From contig CM121343.1 in assembly GCA_051530055.1 (NCBI GenBank), positions 4,341,389 through 4,374,388 on the forward strand: a DNA stretch of 33,000 bases, in the 5' to 3' direction. A program made the position numbers and the translations under genes. The DNA is from Neoechinorhynchus agilis. Taxonomy: Eukaryota > Animalia > Acanthocephala. The first letter of the stretch is position 1. Each line of letters begins with the position of its first letter. Positions 1 through 9,385 of this stretch are shown here, one piece after another. The notes under the pieces were generated by a model. The model did no database searches and was not told where the DNA came from. It saw only the letters and a list, made by a program, of their open reading frames with translations.

Positions 1-2443
1 TGATCATGTTCCGATAGGTGCTTAATTGAGACCGATTGTCATCTCCACTTATCACTGCACCGAACCGCTTCAAACGTTCTGATTTCGAGAAATGATTCAG
101 TAATAAATCAGTATCCGTGTCTAAGAACCATTCGTCCTCGCTTAAGACACACATTATCTTGACGCTTTTCAACAACAGCCACAGCCTGACGCCGCTATCA
201 ACAACCACAAGATCCATCCTCAACAATCCTGCCCGAAACTCAAATTCTCACTAAAGTCACAAATTGTCACTTTCTAGTGTGTATGTCCACATATTACGAA
301 CGCCGTTGAAGCCATTATTGGCTATGTGAAAACATTGTGGGTGTCAATAAGTAATACAAAAACCCGTTTAATAATAGATGTCTAGTGGGAAACTATGGTG
401 AGAGTTCCACGGTATCGCACCGATTAGTGCATGGGAACCTCCATTGCCAAAATCTAAAGTCGTTATCAAATCAGGCAAACACGAATTAGCCCCTGGTCGA
501 AATGAATTTTTCTCCTCTCGGTACAACATAGAGCATAAAGTTGACCAACATCGCAGTAAAACAAAAAAACGGAGGACATTCAGATGATTAAAATTTTCGT
601 TCAATGGCTTCCAAGTAAAATTGAAAAACAACCCCTTATACCAAATTTGGATCGATATAATAACAGAATTATTGTTTACAAGTCTTTATCCGCGGTAAAT
701 AATTTGTTAAAAGCGTTCTTTGAACAACGCAAAAAAGGGTTAATCGTCAGTTTGTTATTAAAAAAATTATTTACCGGCTGAAGACTTCTAAACAATAATT
801 CCAGTCCTCCCAAGACGATATCAGGTATTTAAAATAAATATTCTAAAAATAGTTCAAATGGCGATATGTGAGGAAGTGCCGGGAGGGTTTATGATTACCG
901 AATTATTGTTTACAAGTCTTCATCCGCGGTGAATAATTTGTTAAAAGCGTTCTTTGAACAACGCAAAAAGGGTTCATCGTTAGTTTGTTATTAAATAAAA
1001 AAATTATTTACCGGCTGAAGACTTCTAAACAATAATTCCAGTCCTCCCAAGACGATATCAGGTATTTAAAATAAATATTCTAAAAATAGTTCAAATGGCG
1101 ATATGTGAGGAAGTACCGGGGTCTGTATGATTACAGAATTATTGTTTACAAGTCTTTATCCGCGGTAAATAATTTGTTAAAAGCGTTCTTTGAACCACGC
1201 AAAAAAGGGTTCATCGTTAGTTTGTTATTAAATAAAAAAATTATTTACCGGCTGAAGACTTCTAAACAATAATTCCAGTCCTCCCAAGACGATATCAGGT
1301 ATTTAAAATAAATTTTCTTTAAATAGTTCAAATGGCGATATGTGAGGAAGTACCGGGAGGGTTTATGATTACCGAATTATTGTTTACAAGTCTTCATCCG
1401 CGGTGAATAATTTGTTAAAAGCGTTCTTTGAACAACGCAAAAAAGGGTTAATCGTCAGTTTGTTATTAAAAAAATTATTTACCGGCTGAAGACTTGTAAA
1501 CAATAATTCCAGTCCTCCCAAGACGATATCAGGTATTTAAAATAAATTTTCTTTAAATAGTTCAAGTGGCAATATGTGAGGAAGTACCGGGAGGGTTTAT
1601 GATTACCGAATTATTGTTTACAAGTCTTTATCCGCGGTAGCCCTGTTTGATCGATTTTACTTTTTAATCCGTGGGCGGACAAATAAAGCCATCTACAAGA
1701 AACCTTTGAGGGAAAGAAAAGCGTCACATTACCGGTTGTCTCAACGTTGACCTTAGGAATGCTCTTGTGGACCGATTGTTCATTATGTATAGCTTCAATA
1801 AAGTGTCGATGCTTTCCAATAATCTATGTTCTTTGGCTTCGACCATGGATATGAGGGTATCGAGAATAAGTTGTTCGTCATCGATAAAGAAGGCTGATCC
1901 ATAAATGGAAGCGAAAAGGGCTTCCCATATGGAATCCACGTTCTGATCAGAAGAACCAATATGGTAAAATATGGATTGAACATTTTTGGGTGAGCAAGTA
2001 CGTAGATATAATAGGAAAAACTCACAGGTATCTCCCCAGGAGTGTTGATCGTTGTCACGAGCACGATTGAATTGGTGTCCGTCTACAAGAAAGCTCTGAT
2101 GAACTTTATAGTACTCATGTAAAAGAGTCTCGATTGAGTCGATCTTCATGATTCGCTGTCGAATCTCGCTCATCATCCAGATTTTGTGGCATAGAGGTAA
2201 AGCCTTTTCGTTCGCCTTTACTTCCAGTGATTTAAGATAAGATTGTTCCCGAAGTAAGCGAGCATTCTCAGATAGAATCCTAGTGTAAAGAACGTTGGGG
2301 ATCATTTCAACCGCCGAAATGCCTCTGGGAAAGCGCCAATTTGCGTCGATTCTTTCGTGGAGCCGGGGAGGAAATCTAGCAACGCGCACGCGGCTAAGAA
2401 ACATGTCCATAATGTGGAGCCGGTGCTGTTTATCTGACGTCAT
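1..2443 (-). CDS. GAPVD1: GTPase-activating protein and VPS9 domain-containing protein 1 (GAPex-5/RME-6 family), N-terminal RasGAP part; partial, continues beyond the left edge
   Basis: Exon 1 runs from 2443 (or Met at 2305) to 1733. It encodes VDSIWEALFASIYGSAFFIDDEQLILDTLISMVE and STRAFLRSTLRQP, matching human GAPVD1 TQSVIYTVFTSLYGNCIMQEDESYLLQVLRYLIE and SAKLFLTATLHEP. A GT-AG intron at 1732-158 joins it to exon 2 (157 to <1), which reads IMCVLSEDEWFLDTDTDLLLNHFSKSERLKRFG versus human IMQLLVEDEDHLETDPNKLIERFSPSQQEKLFG. The ORF-track stop at 1724 lies inside the intron. Confidence 0.85.
160..1726. mobile_element. Non-autonomous DNA-transposon-like element that constitutes the GAPVD1 intron
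   Basis: Perfect 11-bp terminal inverted repeats, TGACGCTTTTC (160-170) and GAAAAGCGTCA (1716-1726). They are flanked directly by an imperfect 8-bp direct repeat, CATTATCT (152-159) and CATTACCG (1727-1734). No transposase was recognised inside. Confidence 0.7.
666..1638. repeat. Tandem array of ~236-bp units (4 full + 1 partial), each containing a ~136-bp foldback
   Basis: Units start with GAATTATTGTTTAC at 666, 900, 1136, 1374 and 1608 and are nearly identical. In each unit the arm GAATTATTGTTTACAAGTCTT(T/C)ATCCGCGGT(A/G)AATAATTT is inverted by AAATTATTTACCGGCTGAAGACTT(C/G)TAAACAATAATTC (unit 1: 666-801). Confidence 0.95.
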
Positions 2444-2517
2444 CGTAAGGTGGGAAAAGGTTATCGTTTAGATTTCGTAATTCGCTAAATAGGAGATTGA
2501 AAATTGCCTAATAGTGT

Positions 2518-2632
2518 CGGCGGCGGCGGCGGCGATCATTGTGGTATATGAAAGCCTTGAAATAATTGTTCAAATGTTCAAAAAAACGACAAGTGTATGA
2601 TTGGGGTGAATGAACCTTTAACTGTTTTGCAG
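2518..2632 (+). promoter_or_regulatory. (CGG)n tract plus probable 5'-UTR intron of LUC7L3, in the divergent GAPVD1/LUC7L3 promoter region
   Basis: (CGG)5-CGATCAT at 2518-2539 in AT-rich DNA. A donor-like GTG|GTATATG follows at about 2544, and an acceptor TTTTGCAG ends at 2632, 10 nt before the LUC7L3 ATG. Confidence 0.4.
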
Positions 2633-2642
2633 ATCTTAAGAG

Positions 2643-3683
2643 ATGGCATTATCTGAGCAAGCGGCATTGCTCGATGAGTTGATGGGCAAGGACCGCAATG
2701 CGATTCCGGGTCAGCAGACACGTGATCATGATTTTCGGGATCGTGAGGTTTGCAAGCATTACTTGTGTGGTTTTTGCCCTCATCAGTTATTCACGAACAC
2801 CCGTGCAGACCTCGGTCCGTGCCACTTGATCCATGACGATAGTTTACGGAGAACTTATCAATCAAGCGACCTCTATGGTCATTTGGGTTATGAAGATTCC
2901 TTTGAAATTCTGTTGAAGAAACTGCTCAATGAAGTGGAGAAGCGGATCCGTAAGGGTGAAGATCGCTTAAGATTGACTCAAAGTGATGATCCATCGAGTC
3001 TGATGACCAACACGGCCGAGGCTATGTTACCGCCTAATCAAGTAAGACTGGAAAGATTGAAGTCGTTGAATGACCAGATAAATTCCTTGATTCATGAATC
3101 AGAACGACTAGGTATGGAGGGCAATATCGATCACGCCAAAGAGATATTAAGTCGAATCGAGAAGTTGAAGTGTGAGAGGTATGAACTGGAAACTAGAATG
3201 CCTGGCAATGATAACGTAAAAGCCATGGAGGTTTGCACTGTTTGTGGATCTTTCTTAATAGTAGGGGATGCTCAATGTCGCGTTGATGAGCACATTACAG
3301 GAAAGCAACATCTTGGATATGCTAGAATTAGAGAAATGCTTGATTCATTGAGGAAGAAGCGTGAAGAAGGTGTGTTTAAGTTCAAAGAAGAAAACGAGGT
3401 TCATGATATTGAATCTCGCAATCATTTATGCCGAGATGAACGTAAATCCCGAGGAGGACGCTATAACCGTTCACCTTCCAAAAGATACGAAAGGAGAAGG
3501 TCACGAAGTCCGCATGATCGGTATCGATATCAACAACGCGAAAGTAGGGACGAGCCATTAGTGACGAGAAAGCGATATGGCCAACATAATGATAATTTTC
3601 AAACTAAGAATGTTCAGTATGAACGATACAGTAGACGCAACATGGGAAGTACTCGCGATGCTGACCACCGGTCACGACGGTAA
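2643..3683 (+). CDS. LUC7L3: LUC7-like protein 3 (U1 snRNP-associated, CROP), intronless ORF of 346 aa
   Basis: LLDELMGKDRN, ZnF1 CKHYLCGFCPHQLFTNTRADLGPC, ZnF2 CTVCGSFLIVGDAQCRVDEHITGKQHLGY and an RS/RE-rich C-terminus. These match LUC7L3 (LLDELMGRDRN..CKYYLCGFCPAELFTNTRSDLGPC). A possible extra 3' intron near the stop was not resolved. Confidence 0.93.
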   Translation: MALSEQAALLDELMGKDRNAIPGQQTRDHDFRDREVCKHYLCGFCPHQLFTNTRADLGPCHLIHDDSLRRTYQSSDLYGHLGYEDSFEILLKKLLNEVEKRIRKGEDRLRLTQSDDPSSLMTNTAEAMLPPNQVRLERLKSLNDQINSLIHESERLGMEGNIDHAKEILSRIEKLKCERYELETRMPGNDNVKAMEVCTVCGSFLIVGDAQCRVDEHITGKQHLGYARIREMLDSLRKKREEGVFKFKEENEVHDIESRNHLCRDERKSRGGRYNRSPSKRYERRRSRSPHDRYRYQQRESRDEPLVTRKRYGQHNDNFQTKNVQYERYSRRNMGSTRDADHRSRR

Positions 3684-5486
3684 GATTAGATTATTTACGA
3701 CAATGATGAGTGTGCGTGCCATGTGGATCAATTTGCTACGGTGTTTCACGATATTGTGAGATTAACAAAAAATTGTAAGCGCAGGTATGAGTGGTTTTCA
3801 TGACTAGAATTCACTATGGTCCTCAGAGTAGTAAAATGATTTCTTTTTTGTCAACCGATTTCCCTTCTAAACATAAAGAAGAGATCATATGATGGAAAAT
3901 TACCGCAGCAATTTTCCTATTGATCACTTTCGCCTTCGGGGTGATGATTTTTATGGTCGTAAAGATGCCTAATCCATTACGGGTATTCCCGAAATTGCAT
4001 TATTGCCTTTACCGTGATAATGAAGCAATTTTGTAAGATATTCCTTACACGTTACCGCTTTGGTGCTGTATTCATGAGGAGATCAATATCGACACTGCTT
4101 CCACCGATGAATTCTCGCATAAACATTAGTTTTATAGTTTAACGGCTGTATCCTTTTCATCCCCCCCCCTTTTTGTATTATTCTGGTGGTTAATTGATCG
4201 CGAAAGTGATAACATCTGAAAAGGTCCGCATTTTTCTCGATACGGAAATACACTTATTATAATCACTGATTTGAAAAAGGTTTAGGGATAGATGTGTTCA
4301 GGAAACGAAGGTACCCAACCTGAACGATGTCTAACCCAACATTGATGTTTTCAGATTTCTGTATCTAGTTTAGAACTTTTTCCACTTCATCGATTTATAA
4401 ACAGTCAAGTCATAAGGTTCGTTTGATCATTCGTAAATCCTGAGAAGATCTTTGATGATTTTTGTATTTCAGTTAAACGAATGGAATAATTAGTAATACA
4501 ACGTTGATTCAAGCGTTAACGGACTCGCAAAAGGCAATTTTTTGGAAGGTAGGGCACCGTTATTTAAACGATTGATGATGCATAAAAGTTTGAACACTGT
4601 TGACGACATAATTCATTTATGTTTTTCGTAAAAGTTTATTTATCTTAAATCGCATACACTCATTGCATATCTTTTTGGGAGCCTTTCGGCTATATTCCTT
4701 TTTTGGGAGCCTTTCGGCTGACTTGCACACATCGGAAGCGCTTAGTCGCCCTCGAAGGTCCGAGGTCAACCCACTTTTTTGGGGCTAATGGGCGATCTCG
4801 AAATTTGATTCCACCCTTAGAGCAGCCTCGCAACCCCCGTGGAGCCCAGCGACCAGTGGACTTGAACCATCGACATATCGAGCGCATTCTGAACGCGCAC
4901 CTCAAAAAGGCAACTCAATAGTTGTGAAGGTTTTTCTGTTTTGGTAAGAGTTCTACTAAAATATCCATGCTGCTTCCGGCTAAATGAAACAATCAATTGA
5001 TATGGACACAGAATCTTCAATGACAAAGCCCTTTCGCAATCGCTGAGAATGTAAGATGTATATAGATAATTGTTTAGCGGTATAGTGAAAACTGTTCTTG
5101 TCCATTTTAAATGAAAACTGAACTTGAGATAGTGTACAATCTTTAAAAGGGATTCCTGGTAGTCGGCGCAAATCGAAGGTCGCTATATTTTGCTTCAAAT
5201 TGAGCGCTATTGAAATCCGTGAAGTACGAATTTATTCAAAATTTAAATGATTATTTACGCGATTTAGGAGAAAGTAATTGGGATCTATTAATACACTCAC
5301 TTTTTAGGCACGAATGAGATAAATAGACGTGGTTTATAAGTTCTTTTTCGAGACACTGATTTGTTTAAAACGTTATTATTTGATCAGCACCCTATAGAAT
5401 GTTTTTTTGTGAGCGTGAATATGTTGATAATGCAGATAAATGGTATAATCAGCTTGAGTGTTAGGTAAGTACAATATTTTGATTTG

Positions 5487-7973
5487 CTAAGCAGTTTTAA
5501 GCAGCGCATCGTATAATTCCGATAGAGTGGAATTCAAGGTTTTCGCAAATAAAGCCGAGGACTTATAATCCTGTGCTATTGAAGAAACTGTGAATTGAAT
5601 CGTATGTTCGTTGATGCCATAACAAACTCCATATCCATCGTCTACGACTGGTCCGTAATATACAAAACCCTTGTTAATTGTGACCTGGAGTTTAAGGTAT
5701 TCAAGATTTCAATTAGTTTTAGAAAAAAGAACATTGGCTACTCAACTTGACTGGTTGATAGATTGAAATGCATGCACTTTCTGAACTCAGCACTGGAGAA
5801 TAAATAATGTGGGATCATTTGTTTTGCACAGATTAAGAAGTTGTCAAATCCATGTCCATTGGTAACCTAGGCCAAATTGCGTTAAAAGTGAATTTCATTT
5901 AAGCACTCTAAACCATTCGAATCTTAAGCGCCTGCTCTCTCAATGCACTTCTTAACAGTCGTGTGTCGAAGAGTTTGCCATTTTTATTTCCATATTGCAT
6001 GCAAAGATCTCGTATTTTACTCGAAGCAGATCGAATCACTTCTATTCTGCCTTCTTGAAATCTTCTAAGTGATGCACTCTCATACGGACAAGCCATGATC
6101 TCATAAATCCTAGGGTTAATTTTAGATTTTAAATGACACTGCCGATATAGTTTCCTACCTGTAATAGCTTATTTGGATCGCCAGTTGAAGGAACGCATCG
6201 GGGCTGACACCTAACTTTTTCAATTGAATTTTTCCACATTTCGTGAATTCAAAATGCTTGAGGTTCAATTTAGTCGCGATGCTGAAGTGGCAATCAGTAT
6301 GAAACCTTGCAAAGATGTGTTCACTCAATCGTACGTTTCACTTATCTTGTACGCTTTGCCGTAAAAGCATTGGATTAATGGAATGAAATGAAATGTAAGT
6401 GACAAAACTTTCGGTTTGTACCCATGGCGTGGTTCGCAACAAAAACTATAAAATTGAGCTATGCGCATTTAGAATACCAAACCTTACCTTCGCGTCTCAA
6501 GTGCTTTCTTGACTATATCGATCATAACGACGCCATCCAGGAACGAGTGCTCAAAATTCATTCCAACGAGTCCGGATTCTCCAATGATTACCTGTTTGTT
6601 TCGCAAAAAATTATTATCTTCATCTAGCAAACCTGCATGCACTTGTCGTAATAGCGATTCGAATTGTACCGACCCTTCCTCCCGCCACAAAGCAGTTGCA
6701 ACATGGAGCATTCGAGTCCTTCCTCGTCCACATCTCCATCATCGTCGATACATAAAACAAATGCACTGTTGTCGATTAGTTTGAAATTTTGCTTATTGCG
6801 ATCACCTCGAAGAAGTACACAAGGTTACGGAGAAACGATTGAGATATTCTTACAAATCGATGAGATTAGAGAACGAGCGGTGTACCAATCATCCCGGTCT
6901 AAAGCAGTCAACAGACCTATTCGGTTATCAGGCTCTTTTGTAGCGCCATGTACAATGCATTCAATTGCTGCCTCAAACCCACACGGGCATTGGAGCTCGG
7001 CGAACTCAAGTTCAACGATATTGACCTAAGCAAAACCAGCCCAGCGATAAAGCAATAGTGATTGGAGTTAGAAATTCGAAGTCAGGAGATTAAATCGGCA
7101 GGAGAATGGAAAACATGAATAGTCAAAAAACGGCCTACCTGCGATTTGTACATAACAGCGATACTTATGGGCGTCCCTTGTAGACTTCTTTTTGATATAG
7201 TTAATTGATCTGCACTTTGATCTGGAATTCGCGTAGCGAAAAAGACCCGAGTATACTGCGCCATGCATTGGTGAACGCTGACACCGTCCATTTTGATGGC
7301 ATTGTGCTGCACTTTCGCTCTAATGTTATTCTGCGATAATAAATGAAAGGGCAGCGAATATACCGTACAATTCAATATCGCAGTTCACTCGATAAAGCTT
7401 AAAACAGAAATCAGCAGCAAACCTATTAAGATCTTGTTTTGAACCAGGCGGAACATTTTACCTTATCAGTTCGTTTGTATTGGAAAATTCTAATTTATCG
7501 ATATAGTAAGCTGGATTTGAGTAGCTGATAAGCGATAAACGGTTATTTGTACCAACAATGACCAAAATATTCCGTTCGTGTGTTCAGGAAACTGGACCGC
7601 ATTTTGATCACTGTTGGACTAGGTACATATCATTAAGCCAAGCGAGAAATACCTACACACGAGTGAATTTTTGTTGCCCTTTATCTTCAATTACTGACCC
7701 AATTATCATCTTTAGCAGCGATCGTCATCATTGATTTATGGAGTTCGGTGAAAAGAGCTTGATCGAAGAAGGTGACTACTTTAACGGATAGCTGATCATA
7801 CTCTTCTTTGCTTAAAATAGATCTTGCAAGGTTCATAAGTTGGTTCAGTGTAAAGCCGATGTGTGGGATTTCGATTTTTGGAAGAACGTCCTTCAAGATG
7901 CAAGATTGGTCGCTCTAATTAAGCACTGACTCACCGATTCAACCGTAAGTAAGCAGGATTTATCTGTGTCCAT
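5487..7973 (-). CDS. ChAT: Choline O-acetyltransferase, multi-exon (12 canonical introns plus one non-canonical insertion)
   Basis: Hand-spliced protein: [36 protein letters not shown][72-nt insert][62 protein letters not shown] (catalytic His)..SPDAFLQLAIQISYYR|..YESASLRRFQEGR..GHGFDNFL..LSTSQ|V..YGPVVDDGYGVCY, TAG at 5489-5487. DN rather than DR, and position directly downstream of VAChT, favour ChAT over carnitine acyltransferases. Confidence 0.92.
7549..7620 (-). other. 72-nt hairpin insertion in a ChAT coding exon; candidate non-canonical intron (AG..AC or GT..CA)
   Basis: Contains two in-frame TGA codons. A 17-bp stem (7617-7601 with 7568-7552) is fully paired on the mRNA strand with two G-U pairs. 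Excising exactly 72 nt gives [10 protein letters not shown], collinear with human ChAT [10 protein letters not shown]. Confidence 0.75.
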
Positions 7974-8059
7974 TATCAGACGATTTCTGAAAGGAATAAA
8001 ATGAAGATCGATCAGATCCATACAAAGTGCTCCCCGATCCCGTCCTGTTTAATATGCAT

Positions 8060-9385
8060 TCAAACACTCAAATCTCTCACTGCATCCTCGTTATTGGCTT
8101 CATCGATGCATTTATAAGTGCACACGTCTCTCAATCGCCTGAGAATTGGAGCATAAACTGCAGTTACGATGCATATCACGATATTGAGCGAAGTGAAACC
8201 TATGGACGTCACTACTGATCCAGCGATGACAGGTCCAAACGCGTAAGCTACATTATAGGAAATATCGACAATCGCATAAATGCTGCCATAAACTGAAGTG
8301 TGGCGTGTGTCCACCAAAAATGCCATCGTTGGTAGGAGAGCCGTGTCAATTATTGCAATGCCAAAGCATATCGCTGAAATCGGAACTATGAGACTCCAGT
8401 AACTTCCACAAAACGGAATGAAAATACAACTAAAGGCTTCAAGAAATAGACCTGCCATGGCGAAGGCCCATACAAGTGTACCGTGGTATTTACAAAGCCA
8501 GACTGTCAGATAAACTCCAATCCAATGGGGGAGAATAGCCGGAAACCAGATAAAACCAATTTGCCAACTTTTTGCATTTAATTTGTCTCGCATCCATGAA
8601 CCTATTGTAGTTTCCAGGAACGCTAAAGACACATTGGACATCGACAAGGCTCCAGCGCAGATTGCAACGAACGGATCCAGCATCAGTCTAAAGATAGGAG
8701 TGCCTTCCACGTTGGAAAATTCTCTATTGATTGCCGATGGAATTCTTGACGTTATCAAGAATATGAACATTATGAGATCAATAAATGCCATCGAAGATAA
8801 TGCGAAAAACGGAATATTTTTTCCGAATAAATCGAAAAGTACGCCTCCGAACGGTGGTGCGGCGAGCGTGCCGAATGAAACGAAGGCCAGAGCTATGCCG
8901 AGGGCCGCATTTCGTTCATGGTCTTCTACATAGACATCAGCAATGAGTGAAAATGCTGCAGTGTCGGCAAAGGCGCTGCCAATGCCTTGCATTCCTCTGG
9001 CGAAAATTAGAACCGAATAAGATCGGCCGTATGCAAAGACGATCGTCGATAATATTAATGCAACGAGACCTGTGACCATGGGATGTCTATATCCGTATTT
9101 GTCAATCAGCGTCCCGCTTATAGGTCCAGCAATTAGCTGCACGATTGCTTTGAAGGCGAAGAGGATTCCAATTGATATATCATTCGAAGCCATATCGTAC
9201 GCTTGACTATGATCATGGGTGGAATTTTCATTGCCAGGGTTGAAATACATTGGAATGATGGGTACAATCACCATGTAGATCATATTATCGAGTAGTAAAG
9301 CGACGCAAACCACGACCAAAGCCAACCGTTTATAGGCATCCGCTGAAGATATAAACGAATGCTTTAAATTAAGCAAGTCGATCAT
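8060..9385 (-). CDS. SLC18A3: Vesicular acetylcholine transporter (SLC18A3/unc-17), intronless, 441 aa
   Basis: LALVVVCVALLLDNMIYMVIVPIIP, RGMQGIGSAFADTA, SVYGSIYAIVDISYNVAYAFGPVIAG; multi-pass MFS topology. Lies on the same strand immediately upstream of the first ChAT coding exon (the cholinergic locus). An acceptor-like ATTAG ends 1 nt before the ATG. Confidence 0.95.
   Translation of the reverse strand: MIDLLNLKHSFISSADAYKRLALVVVCVALLLDNMIYMVIVPIIPMYFNPGNENSTHDHSQAYDMASNDISIGILFAFKAIVQLIAGPISGTLIDKYGYRHPMVTGLVALILSTIVFAYGRSYSVLIFARGMQGIGSAFADTAAFSLIADVYVEDHERNAALGIALAFVSFGTLAAPPFGGVLFDLFGKNIPFFALSSMAFIDLIMFIFLITSRIPSAINREFSNVEGTPIFRLMLDPFVAICAGALSMSNVSLAFLETTIGSWMRDKLNAKSWQIGFIWFPAILPHWIGVYLTVWLCKYHGTLVWAFAMAGLFLEAFSCIFIPFCGSYWSLIVPISAICFGIAIIDTALLPTMAFLVDTRHTSVYGSIYAIVDISYNVAYAFGPVIAGSVVTSIGFTSLNIVICIVTAVYAPILRRLRDVCTYKCIDEANNEDAVRDLSV

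Noticed and set aside
666-1638. Repeat-spacer periodicity resembling a CRISPR array
   Set aside because: The spacers are near-identical between units, the unit is about 236 bp, there are no cas genes and the context is a eukaryotic intron.
1640-1732. GAPVD1 apparently truncated at the ORF-track stop (1724), or ending after a 24-29-nt mini-intron
   Set aside because: The next conserved exon is present at 157-1 and joins in frame through the 1575-nt intron.
3885-4035. Short hydrophobic frame (WKITAAIFLLITFAFGVMIFMVVK) and a C(UUCG)G hairpin with a GTGATGA box-C-like motif
   Set aside because: The frame is preceded directly by TGA with no start or acceptor, and no box D (CTGA) lies at a suitable distance for a snoRNA.
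4672-4921. 20-bp direct repeat (TTTTTGGGAGCCTTTCGGCT twice) and short GC-rich ORFs
   Set aside because: No recognisable protein or RNA family; probably a small TE fragment.
6190-6215. Possible frameshift in ChAT at VSPDAF
   Set aside because: Rechecking the plus strand shows four G residues (CATCGGGGCTG), so the frame is intact.
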